Source of the DNA: an uncultured bacterium
GTDB taxonomy: Bacteria > Zhuqueibacterota > QNDG01 > DTFT01
Length of the DNA: 15,079 bases
Reading direction: 5' to 3'
Assembly (NCBI GenBank): GCA_963736115.1
Contig: CAVTNR010000023.1
Span: 1-15,079, forward strand
Every line of letters begins with the position of its first letter. Position 1 is the stretch's first letter. Shown piece by piece: positions 1 through 7,966 of the stretch. The notes beneath the pieces were generated by a model. The model saw nothing but the letters and a program-made list of their open reading frames with translations. It searched no databases and was not told the DNA's origin. A program made the translations under genes and the position numbers.

Positions 1-3
1 GTG

Positions 4-32
4 TCCTGTACTTGGTTCAGTTGGTGTTTGCT
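4..32 (+). other. Probable Oxford Nanopore ligation-adapter remnant (technical sequence)
   Basis: Bases 5-32 CCTGTACTTGGTTCAGTTGGTGTTTGCT match the ONT ligation adapter CCTGTACTTCGTTCAGTTACGTATTGCT (recalled) at 22/28 ungapped positions, at the extreme 5' end of the window. Confidence 0.85.
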
Positions 33-765
33 AGACGCGTCTTTCGGATACGGCATGTGGGGCGATGAGCTCCGTGAATGTCCGGCTCACGGATCCGGAC
101 AGATCGTTCAGAATTTCACCTTCCGGCTTAAGCGTGGCGTACCCGCCTTCGACCACCTTGCCGCTGTTGTAACTCTTCGAGTCGGTGTGAGCCGCGAGCA
201 ATTTCCCCGTCTCCACATCCACCACCCGGAAATTCACGGCCACGGTCCCGCGCCGGATGCGGTACTTCTGGTCCACCAGGACGGTGCGCATGATCTCCCG
301 CTTGACCTTTCGTTTCTTGACGGTCACCGTCTCGTATTTGCCGGTGCCTTCCTTTTTCTCCACCTTCTCCGCGCCGATTTCGTCCTTCTCGACTCCGTAC
401 CGGCTGACTTCGCCGAAGACGAGGGCATCGACGCCGAGCAGCTGTCCGACCTGTTTGGCCGTAGACTCGTTCACCACGCCGGCCATTCCCAGTTTCTGCT
501 CGTCGAGTATCCGCGCCAGACGGTCCCGTTCCACGATTTCGAAATAGCCACCATGGAGCAGCTGGGACTGGACGAGGGACGAAATCTGACCGCCGGACAT
601 GCCCGGCCCTTGGAAATCGGCGATGGCCAGCTTGCGCACGCCGGGTAGATGGATGGCGGCCGGTTTCTGAACGTCCACCCGGATCGCGGAGGAGCCGGCG
701 CAGGACAGCATCCAGACCGCCAGGGCCACTGCAGGTGCTGTTACGGATCGGAGTGTTTTAATCAT
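31..765 (-). CDS. CsgG/HfaB-family lipoprotein (probably 3'-truncated)
   Basis: ATG at 765 preceded by AAAGGA; lipoprotein-type signal MIKTLRSVTAPAVALAVWMLS-C; CsgG-like segment FEIVERDRLARILDEQKLGMAGVVNESTAKQVGQLLGVDALVFG and VAVNFRVVDVETGKLL. The TAG stop (31-33) overlaps the adapter-like bases. Confidence 0.8.
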   Translation of the reverse strand: MIKTLRSVTAPAVALAVWMLSCAGSSAIRVDVQKPAAIHLPGVRKLAIADFQGPGMSGGQISSLVQSQLLHGGYFEIVERDRLARILDEQKLGMAGVVNESTAKQVGQLLGVDALVFGEVSRYGVEKDEIGAEKVEKKEGTGKYETVTVKKRKVKREIMRTVLVDQKYRIRRGTVAVNFRVVDVETGKLLAAHTDSKSYNSGKVVEGGYATLKPEGEILNDLSGSVSRTFTELIAPHAVSERRV

Positions 766-896
766 AGCAAAAGATCCTTTCCCGGGAATTTCACCCGACA
801 CGGTAATGCTTGCGTACTGGTTTGCGCGTCCCACGTGCCGAAAGCCCGTACGGACAGCCGTCCGCGCGGACCGCGGGCGCAACCAGCTCCCCCGGT

Positions 897-1505
897 TCAG
901 AATAAGCCGAACTTGAAAGTCAGCACCGCGGACGGTCCGCCGATGACCGACTCAGTGAGTCCCTCCTGCTCGAGTCCGGAGACAAAACGGTAGGACACGC
1001 CCGCATCGACGCGCATGAATCCCGTTACGTTCAGCTCAAGCGCGACGCCGGGTTCGAGGATGAAGAAGGAATCCAGCGACGGATCGTCTTCCCAGTCGTC
1101 GTTCAGATCCTCCTCCCAGGACTCCCGGATTCCGGCGCTGCCGCCGCCGATGAGCAGGGAGACCGTCGGATGAATCAGGCTTTCCGACCGCCGTGTGTAC
1201 TCGATCTCGAAACCGCCGTATCCCACATGCAGCACGGGATCCTGCATGCCGGTAACGCCCTCGGGATTTCGGATCCGGCTGACCAGTCCATACCCGCCGC
1301 CGCCGAGGCTCATTGTGTGGTTGATGATCCAACCACCGCGGCCTCCGATCAGGACACCGAAGGAATCGTGTATCCGCGTCATTTTCACGACCGGTCCTCC
1401 GAAACCTCCCGAAGTGACCGGACCGGACAGGAGGGTTTCCTCCTCCCGTGCGGATACGGAACCCGCGACACACAGCACCAGCATAACTTGGAACATCCGT
1501 TTCAT
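897..1505 (-). CDS. Exported hypothetical protein, predicted outer-membrane beta-barrel
   Basis: GGGAGG RBS; signal peptide MKRMFQVMLVLCVAGSVSA; Gly-rich amphipathic beta-strands (LHVGYGGFEIEY, MRVDAGVSYRFV); C-terminal aromatic LTFKFGLF typical of BAM substrates. Confidence 0.75.
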   Translation of the reverse strand: MKRMFQVMLVLCVAGSVSAREEETLLSGPVTSGGFGGPVVKMTRIHDSFGVLIGGRGGWIINHTMSLGGGGYGLVSRIRNPEGVTGMQDPVLHVGYGGFEIEYTRRSESLIHPTVSLLIGGGSAGIRESWEEDLNDDWEDDPSLDSFFILEPGVALELNVTGFMRVDAGVSYRFVSGLEQEGLTESVIGGPSAVLTFKFGLF

Positions 1506-1518
1506 CGGGACCTCCCGG

Positions 1519-1637
1519 TTGAAGCTCCCCGCCGCAAGCGGCGGGGAATCTTCTATCTAGAGAAGAGACATCTAATATTCGCTTGCTTACCCCGCGGTTC
1601 CGCTTCGTGAGGCCGCGGGGTAAGCAAGCGGACAGAT
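1519..1637 (-). mobile_element. Non-autonomous palindromic element (IS200/IS605-derived MITE/PATE-like), copy 1
   Basis: Hairpin TCCCCGCCGC-AA-GCGGCGGGGA (1526-1547) and perfect 18-bp inverted repeat CGCTTGCTTACCCCGCGG (1580-1597)/(1613-1630). The minus strand ends hairpin-GCTTCAA like IS200/IS605 right ends. A homologous copy lies at 12544-12731. Confidence 0.65.
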
Positions 1638-1979
1638 TCAGGCTTTGAATATAAAATACACCGCGGCCAGAATGCAAAGCCCGGCGTACAGGTAGTTCGG
1701 ACGGAGCGGCTGTTTCATGTAAAACCAGGCGAAAGGCACGAAAACGGACAACGAAACAGCCTCCTGAAGAATCTTCAGCTGGGGAAGAGACATGCGAGTG
1801 TATCCGATCCGGTTGGCCGGCACCTGGATCAGGTATTCGAACAGGGCGATGCCCCAGCTCGCCAGGGCCGCGACGATCCACTTGCGGTCGCTGAGGTTCT
1901 TGAGATGCCCATACCAGGCGAATGCCATGAAACAGTTGGAGAGGACCAGGAGAACAGTGGTCTTCATCACAGGCGACAT
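1638..1979 (-). CDS. DMT-family small membrane protein (DUF486 type)
   Basis: ATG at 1979 with AAAGGA RBS; 113 aa, about four hydrophobic segments; family motifs SNCFMAFAWYGHLK, SWGIALFEYLIQVPANRIG, QLKILQE. Confidence 0.9.
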   Translation of the reverse strand: MSPVMKTTVLLVLSNCFMAFAWYGHLKNLSDRKWIVAALASWGIALFEYLIQVPANRIGYTRMSLPQLKILQEAVSLSVFVPFAWFYMKQPLRPNYLYAGLCILAAVYFIFKA

Positions 1980-2060
1980 GACAATCCTTTCAACCAGGCA
2001 TGGAAAACGAATGATGCGGTCCGCCTGCAACGGAATCATCCGGGTGCGGATCTCCGACGT

Positions 2061-2435
2061 TCAGAACTGACCGGTGGACAGCAAAACCAGCGTGCAGGCA
2101 TCGAGGAATGGAATGCCGGCCGCGGCGAGTTTTTTCTGAAGCTCCGGCGTCTCCGTTCCCGGGTTGAAAATCACCCGGCCGGGCCTGAGGGCCACGATGG
2201 CGTCCGACATTTCGAGGGCGTGATCGGGTCCCACATACAGGGTCAGCGTGTCCACGGGTTCGCGGATTTCTCCGAGAGAGGCGATGACAGGGATGCCCTC
2301 GACAGTCTCCAACGCGGGATGCACCGGGATGATGCGGAACCCTTCACTTTTCAGAAGGCGCACGGCCTTGTTGCTGTGACGTTCCCGCTTGGCGCTGGCG
2401 CCCAGAACCACAACGCTTCGTTTTCCGGCTTCCAT
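2061..2435 (-). CDS. CoA-binding protein (YccU-like)
   Basis: 124 aa; VVVLGASAKRERHSNKAV, IIPVHP, VDTLTLYV, RVIFNPGTE, ACTLVLL motifs of the stand-alone CoA-binding family. Confidence 0.9.
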   Translation of the reverse strand: MEAGKRSVVVLGASAKRERHSNKAVRLLKSEGFRIIPVHPALETVEGIPVIASLGEIREPVDTLTLYVGPDHALEMSDAIVALRPGRVIFNPGTETPELQKKLAAAGIPFLDACTLVLLSTGQF

Positions 2436-2444
2436 GTTTCCCTC

Positions 2445-2966
2445 TCAGGGTTTCAACGCGTCCGAGACGCGGAGGGCCAGTGTGTCCATATCCCCCGGTT
2501 TGTACCCGAGGGTCTGGAACGCGATCCGGCCGTCCCGGCCCACCAGGATGGTCCTGGGGATGAAACGGTCGGCATACAACCGGAAAATCGATCGGTCGGG
2601 ATCCGGCGCGAAATCGAAGGTCAAACCGTGCCGCATTCGGAATGTGTCGAGCTCGGCCGCGGTATGCTCCCGGCCGACTGCCAGCACCTCGATGCCCGTG
2701 TTCCGGAAGGGCTCCCATACGGTTTTCTGAAGTTCGGGCAGTTCCATGCGGCAGGAGGGACACCAGATCGCGAAAAAATTGATCACGACCGGCCTGCCCT
2801 TCATATCGGATAGGGTGAATGACCGGCCTTCCAGTGTGACGACGCTGAAATCAGGCGGGATCCGGCCGGCGACGGTGTGTCCGCTGGTGTCGGCCACCTG
2901 GCCGCTCAGGAGCGCGGTCAGGCAGAGGATCAGGAGGGCGAGATGGAATGGAATCGGCTGTTTCAT
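2445..2966 (-). CDS. TlpA/ResA-family thiol-disulfide oxidoreductase, exported
   Basis: ATG at 2966 with GAGGAGG RBS; signal peptide; PDFSVVTLEG, INFFAIWCPSCRMELP (CxxC), cis-Pro loop FIPRTILVGRDGRI. Confidence 0.9.
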   Translation of the reverse strand: MKQPIPFHLALLILCLTALLSGQVADTSGHTVAGRIPPDFSVVTLEGRSFTLSDMKGRPVVINFFAIWCPSCRMELPELQKTVWEPFRNTGIEVLAVGREHTAAELDTFRMRHGLTFDFAPDPDRSIFRLYADRFIPRTILVGRDGRIAFQTLGYKPGDMDTLALRVSDALKP

Positions 2967-2976
2967 GTGAACCTCC

Positions 2977-4065
2977 TCATTCATCGAACCGGATGGGAGA
3001 CGATTCAATGCCGATCTGGAACCGGACCATCTTCTCGAACACGGAAAGCCGGACGGCCTGCCGCGCGTCGCATTGTATCGTTTTCCGGTCCGTGTCGTCC
3101 GCGATCACTTCCACGAGCATTCCGTTCGCGCCGTACACGGAGGCCGCGCAGAACTGATAGGGCACGAGCTCCGCGCGTCCCGCGCTGTGGCTCGGATCGA
3201 TGATGACGGGAAGAATCGTGCGGTTGCGGATGGCCGGGATGACATCCAGGTCGATGTGCGACCGGTTGTAATCGCCGGCCACGGTGGATTTGACACCCCG
3301 CTCGCAGAGCAGGATGTTCTTGTTCCCCTGAAGCGCGATGTATTCGGCGGCGGAGAGCCACTCCTCGAGCTCCGCCGATACGCCGCGCTTGTACAGCACC
3401 GGCCTCCGCGTCTGGCCGACGGCTTCGAGCAGGTCGAAATTCTGGTAATTACGCGTTCCGATCTGGATCAGGTCCGCGCGGCGTGCGACTTCCTCCGCCT
3501 GGGACACGGCCATGACTTCGGTGCAATAGGGGAACCCGATGGTCTCCCGCACCCGGTCCAGAATGTCCAGCGCCTCCCACCCCAGGCCGCGGAAGTCCCA
3601 GGCTCGCGTGCGCGGCTTGAACGCCCCGCCCCGGAGCATCATCCGGTCACGGCATCCCAGTCGGTCGGCGATCGCGGCCAGTCCGTCGGCGATCCGCGCG
3701 GTCTGGTCGTAGCTCTCAACGGCGCAGGGTCCTGCGATGAAAACCGGCCGACCGTCCCGGAATACGCGATCGAGACCGTCTTTCCCCCGCACGGCGATCT
3801 CGATCCGTTTCCGCTCCACTTTCTGGTTGTTGTCTCCGATCACCCGCCGGGCGATGGTTTTGTACGGCGAGGAGATGCGCCAGGCCCGAACCACGCCCGG
3901 GAAGGTCAGGACGTAGTCCATGTCGATCCGCGTGGCATCCCCTTCCACCGCGATGACGGTGAAGAGATCGCCGTGAAGAATGTCCGGCCGGCAGTCGCGG
4001 GAACGGACCAGTTCCCCGACCTGCCGCACGGTGTCCGTGGATTCCTTCTCAATTTCGATGATCAT
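2977..4065 (-). CDS. aroF: 3-deoxy-7-phosphoheptulonate (DAHP) synthase, type I-beta with N-terminal regulatory domain
   Basis: IAGPCAVES, RGGAFKPRT (KPRT = DAHPS rather than the KDO8PS KANRS), QIGTRNYQNF, LCERG, IIDPSHSAG; ~70-aa ACT/ferredoxin-like N-terminal extension; start taken at ATG 4065. Confidence 0.88.
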   Translation of the reverse strand: MIIEIEKESTDTVRQVGELVRSRDCRPDILHGDLFTVIAVEGDATRIDMDYVLTFPGVVRAWRISSPYKTIARRVIGDNNQKVERKRIEIAVRGKDGLDRVFRDGRPVFIAGPCAVESYDQTARIADGLAAIADRLGCRDRMMLRGGAFKPRTRAWDFRGLGWEALDILDRVRETIGFPYCTEVMAVSQAEEVARRADLIQIGTRNYQNFDLLEAVGQTRRPVLYKRGVSAELEEWLSAAEYIALQGNKNILLCERGVKSTVAGDYNRSHIDLDVIPAIRNRTILPVIIDPSHSAGRAELVPYQFCAASVYGANGMLVEVIADDTDRKTIQCDARQAVRLSVFEKMVRFQIGIESSPIRFDE

Positions 4066-4085
4066 GCTCGAACTTTCATTGAATT

Positions 4086-4610
4086 TTAACGGCCGGCCTG
4101 CGCTGTCCACACCGCAACGATTTCCCCGTAGTAAACCCGGTGATAATCCTTCAGCGGGTAGTGGTCGGAAATAGACGGATCAAGAAAACGGGCGGGATCC
4201 AGATCATGCCGGTAAATTTGGCGGCATTCGAGCGCCAGTTCAGCCTCTGCGAAGCGGGGCGCGGCCACGACCGATGACGCCTCGGGGGTGAGTCCGGACG
4301 GGCCGATCTTGTCGCCGTCCCGGCCCGAGCGGGAGCCGAGAAGCGCGAGGGCCTCCCGGTGGCGTTCCGGAAAGGCGCAGAGGGTGAAAGTCCCATGTTG
4401 TTCCATGAAACCGTAGGTGTGCCGTGTGGGGCGCACCACGACCTGGACAAAGGGTTTTTCCCACAGAAATCCCATGGCCCCCCAGGAGACGGTCATTGCG
4501 TTGTAGTCTCCCGAGGCCCAGTCTCCTGCCGTCAGAACCAACCAGTGTTGCGCCCACAGGGCCCGCGGCGAGGCGATCCACTCGTGCGGGGGAATCGAAC
4601 GCATCATCAT
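4086..4610 (-). CDS. Flavin reductase-like (flavoredoxin-type FMN-binding) protein
   Basis: AAGGAG RBS before ATG 4610; NAMTVSWGAMG, VVVRPTRHTYGF, GSRSGRDGDK, LECR, DYHRVYYGEI motifs. Confidence 0.9.
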   Translation of the reverse strand: MMMRSIPPHEWIASPRALWAQHWLVLTAGDWASGDYNAMTVSWGAMGFLWEKPFVQVVVRPTRHTYGFMEQHGTFTLCAFPERHREALALLGSRSGRDGDKIGPSGLTPEASSVVAAPRFAEAELALECRQIYRHDLDPARFLDPSISDHYPLKDYHRVYYGEIVAVWTAQAGR

Positions 4611-4738
4611 AAAGTCGCTCCTTGCTGAGGGACGGCGCATTGGAGTCTCCGGGAACGGCGCGATCCCTTAAATGCGGAACGGGCGGCTCATTCCGCGCCG
4701 CCCGAACCGTTCCAATGGATTCTCCGGAACGCGGCCGG

Positions 4739-5326
4739 TTATTCGAGGACTTTCACGGAAAGGATCAAGACGGGCGTGACCGGAACGTCCTGCATGCCGT
4801 TTTTCGAGCCTGTCGGCGTGCCCGCGATCTTGTCAACCACGTCCATGCCTTTCAGCACTTTTCCGAAAACGGCGTAGCCGAATCCGTTCGGCGACTCGTC
4901 GCGATGATCCAGACTCGGATTATCCTGGTGGTTGATGAAAAATTGCGACGTCGCGCTGTTCACAACCATGGTGCGCGCGTACGACAGGGTGCCCCGGCGG
5001 TTGGACAAGCCGTTTCCGGCCTCGTTCTCGATCGGCTGACGGGTTTCCTTCTGGACGAGGTCCTTGTCGAAGCCGCCGCCCTGGATCATGAATCCCCGGA
5101 TCACCCGGTGGAAAACGGTGTTCGTATAGAAACCGTCGTTCACGTACTGCAGAAAATTCTCCGCCGACACCGGCGCCTTGTCGGCAAACAGTTCACACGT
5201 GATCTCCCCCATGCTGGTCTGCATGAGGATCTTCGGATTCGGCTTTTTCAGGGCGGCAACGGCGCACCCGGCAAGCGAGAGCGCCAGGACGATCAGTGCC
5301 GCCGACATCGGAATGTGGCTTTTCAT
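4739..5326 (-). CDS. ppiA: Cyclophilin-type peptidyl-prolyl cis-trans isomerase with signal peptide (possible lipoprotein)
   Basis: FHRVIRGFMIQGGG, SATSQFFIN, GYAVFGKV; N-terminal hydrophobic stretch with LAGC; GGAGG RBS; ATGA overlap with the HIT gene stop. Confidence 0.9.
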   Translation of the reverse strand: MKSHIPMSAALIVLALSLAGCAVAALKKPNPKILMQTSMGEITCELFADKAPVSAENFLQYVNDGFYTNTVFHRVIRGFMIQGGGFDKDLVQKETRQPIENEAGNGLSNRRGTLSYARTMVVNSATSQFFINHQDNPSLDHRDESPNGFGYAVFGKVLKGMDVVDKIAGTPTGSKNGMQDVPVTPVLILSVKVLE

Positions 5327-5856
5327 TTTCGACCTCCATTGAGACGTTTAAATTCTCCGGCCAGTTTCTCCCGGGTCTGCTCCAGCCCCTCGGAAACAAC
5401 CTTGGTATGACCGAGGACCGGCATGAAATTCGTGTCCCCGTTCCAACGGGGAACGAGGTGAAAGTGCAGGTGATCCGCGATTCCGGCTCCCGCGGTCCGT
5501 CCGAGGTTCATCCCGAGATTGTACCCCTGGGGATGCATCACCTCTTCCAGCGCCTTCCGGGACGCTTCGAGCAGATCGAACAGTTCAACCTTCTCCCGCT
5601 TTTCCAGGCCGCCCAGATCAGCCGTGTGACGGACCGGGACCACCATCAGGTGGCCGTTGTTGTACGGGTAGCGGTTCAGGATCACGAAAGCGGACTCGCC
5701 GCGGTGGACGACCAGTGAAGCGCGGTCGTCCTCTCCTCCCCAGGCCAGGCAGAACACGCAGCCCGCCGGCCGGTTGACGGATTCGATGTATTCCATCCGC
5801 CAGGGCGCCCAGAGAATGTCCGGGCCGTCCCCGGCATTTCCGGAAGATCCGCTCAA
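5323..5856 (-). CDS. HIT-family protein (FHIT/Ap4A phosphorylase-like)
   Basis: LWAPWRMEYI, CVFC, LNRYPYNNGHLMVVP, histidine triad HLHFHLVPRW; TTG start with GGAGG upstream (exact start uncertain). Confidence 0.92.
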   Translation of the reverse strand: MSGSSGNAGDGPDILWAPWRMEYIESVNRPAGCVFCLAWGGEDDRASLVVHRGESAFVILNRYPYNNGHLMVVPVRHTADLGGLEKREKVELFDLLEASRKALEEVMHPQGYNLGMNLGRTAGAGIADHLHFHLVPRWNGDTNFMPVLGHTKVVSEGLEQTREKLAGEFKRLNGGRK

Positions 5857-5860
5857 GGGG

Positions 5861-7954
5861 TTATTCCTCCTTTTCCTTCTCCTTGTGCTTCTTGAACTCC
5901 TCGACCACCTTGGCCTCGATATCCTTCTGCATGGGCTCGTAATGAGAGAAAGCCCTCGTGAACATGCCGCGGCCCGAGGTCTTGGAGCGCAGGATGGTCG
6001 CGTACCGGTCCAGTTCGGCCAGCGGCACTTTCGCCTTGATGACCTGGAAATGGCCCTTACTGTCCATGCCCATGATCTTGCCGCGGCGGCCGGACAGGTC
6101 TCCCATGACGTCTCCCATGCAGTCCTCGGGCACCTTGATCTCGACGTTGTAGATCGGTTCGAGAAGGATGGGCTTGGCGTTCAGCATACCCTGTTTGAAC
6201 GCTTCGCGTCCGGCGATCTGGAAGGCGATGTCCTTGGAATCGACCGGATGCTCCTTGCCGTCATAAACGATCGCCTTGACATCGATGACATGGCAGCCGG
6301 AAAGCGGGCCGGTCACGAGAACCTGGCGCACGCCCTTCTCGACGGCCTGGATGAAGGGCCCCGAGATGTGACCGCCGGAGACTTCGTTCTCGAACACGAA
6401 ACCGGTTCCGCGGGGAAGGGGCTCGATGCGCATCCAGACTTCGGCGAACTGGCCGGCGCCGCCGGTCTGCTTCTTGTGCCGGTATTTCTCGTCGGCCTTG
6501 CCGGTGATCGTCTCCCGGTACGGGATGCGGGGTTTCTCCTCGAGCACTTCAACACCGAACCGCTCCTTGAGCCGCCGCATGATCACGGCCAGGTGCAGTT
6601 CGCCCTGGCCGGAGATGATGGTCTGATGGAGCTCCGGATCAACAAAAATCGTGAAACTCGGGTCTTCGAAATTGAGCATATGGAGACCCGTGGAGAGTTT
6701 GTCCTCGTCCCCGCGCGCTTTGGGTACGATGGCCACGGCGATGACAGGTTCGGGAGCCTTCACGGGCTCGATGAGGACGGGGCTCTTCTTGTCGCACAGG
6801 GTGTGTCCCGTATGCGTGTTCTTCAGCTTCACCAGGGCGCCGATGTCGCCCGTGGTGAGGGTTCCCATTTCCTTTCGGGTCTTGCCGTTCAGCGTGTAGA
6901 TCTGGCCGATTTTCTCGGCATGTTTCTGTTTCGAGTTGAAGACCTCGGCACCCATCGCCAGGGAGCCGGAGTACACGCGGATCAGCGAAAGTTCGCCGAC
7001 GTGGGCCTCGGCGACGGTCTTGAAAACGAAACCGCAGAACGGGTCGGATGCCGAAACCTTGCGGGTGACGGCCTGTCCGGCATCGGTTGCGGCCTGGAAC
7101 GTCTTGAAATCCGGCGGCGCCGGGGCGTATTCCTTCAGGAAATCCAGAAAAAGATCCGAACCGATGTTTTTATCCGCTGAGCCGCACAGGACGGGAACGA
7201 GATTGCGTTCCAGAATGCCCTTTCGGATGCCCTGGTGCAGTTCCTCGTCGGTCAGGGTGCCCTTGTCGAAGAAAACCTCGATGAGCTTGTCGTCCGATTC
7301 TGCTGCGGCCTCGACGATGCGCGTGCGCATCGCTTCCGCCCTGGCCTGCAGGTCGGCCGGCAGGTCGGACACCGTGTTCTTTCCGCTTCCGCCGGGCTCG
7401 TACGTGACGAGCTTCATCCGGAGTACGTCCACGATGCGGTTGAAGCCCTCCCCTGAATTCACCGGGAACTGAAAGGCCGTGACGCCCTTGTCGACCCGGT
7501 CCTGAACCGACTGGAACGCCTTGTCGAAATCCGCGTGTTCGTTGTCCATCCGGTTGACGAAAAAACACCACGGCCGGCGGGTTTCTTCGGCGTATTCGGA
7601 AACCAGTTCGGTACCGACCTCCATCCCGTTCACGGCGTTCAGCACCATCACGGCCAGATCCGCGAAGGCTAGAGATCCTTTCGTGTCTCCGATGAAATCG
7701 GAGAATCCCGGCATGTCGAGACAGTTGACCTTCACTTCTTTCCATTCTCCGTGAAGGAGCGTCGTGCTGATGGACGTCTTGCGCTCGATTTCGTCGAGAT
7801 GGTAATCCGATACCGTGGTCCCCTCGGCTACCTTTCCGAGGCGGTTGGTCTCTCCCAGTGTGAACAGAAGCGCCTCGGCGAAGGTTGTTTTGCCCACACC
7901 GCCGTGTCCGACCAGGCCGATATTTCGGATGTTTTCCGGGATATACTCCTTCAC
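5861..7954 (-). CDS. fusA: Elongation factor G paralog (EF-G2/EF-G II type)
   Basis: 697 aa; G1 GHGGVGKTT, DMPGF, NRMD, GQGELHL, PYRETI, KKQTGGAGQF, HPVDS, LLEPI; GTG start with AAGGAGG RBS; not flanked by rpsL/rpsG/tuf. Confidence 0.95.
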   Translation of the reverse strand: MKEYIPENIRNIGLVGHGGVGKTTFAEALLFTLGETNRLGKVAEGTTVSDYHLDEIERKTSISTTLLHGEWKEVKVNCLDMPGFSDFIGDTKGSLAFADLAVMVLNAVNGMEVGTELVSEYAEETRRPWCFFVNRMDNEHADFDKAFQSVQDRVDKGVTAFQFPVNSGEGFNRIVDVLRMKLVTYEPGGSGKNTVSDLPADLQARAEAMRTRIVEAAAESDDKLIEVFFDKGTLTDEELHQGIRKGILERNLVPVLCGSADKNIGSDLFLDFLKEYAPAPPDFKTFQAATDAGQAVTRKVSASDPFCGFVFKTVAEAHVGELSLIRVYSGSLAMGAEVFNSKQKHAEKIGQIYTLNGKTRKEMGTLTTGDIGALVKLKNTHTGHTLCDKKSPVLIEPVKAPEPVIAVAIVPKARGDEDKLSTGLHMLNFEDPSFTIFVDPELHQTIISGQGELHLAVIMRRLKERFGVEVLEEKPRIPYRETITGKADEKYRHKKQTGGAGQFAEVWMRIEPLPRGTGFVFENEVSGGHISGPFIQAVEKGVRQVLVTGPLSGCHVIDVKAIVYDGKEHPVDSKDIAFQIAGREAFKQGMLNAKPILLEPIYNVEIKVPEDCMGDVMGDLSGRRGKIMGMDSKGHFQVIKAKVPLAELDRYATILRSKTSGRGMFTRAFSHYEPMQKDIEAKVVEEFKKHKEKEKEE

Positions 7955-7966
7955 GAAAGGCCTCCT

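Noticed and set aside
783-886. Minus-strand CGGGTGAAATTCCCG hairpin and other stems upstream of the CsgG-like gene, reminiscent of FMN/cobalamin riboswitch pieces
   Set aside because: The flanking conserved blocks (e.g. ACCGGCGGT and AGTCCGGATG of the FMN riboswitch) are absent, the downstream gene is unrelated, and short stems are common at this GC content.
1580-1630. 18-bp hairpin as a simple intrinsic terminator of the DMT gene
   Set aside because: There is no clear U-tract on the minus strand, and its arm is shared with the copy at 12647-12667, so it belongs to the repeat element. A secondary terminating role is not excluded.
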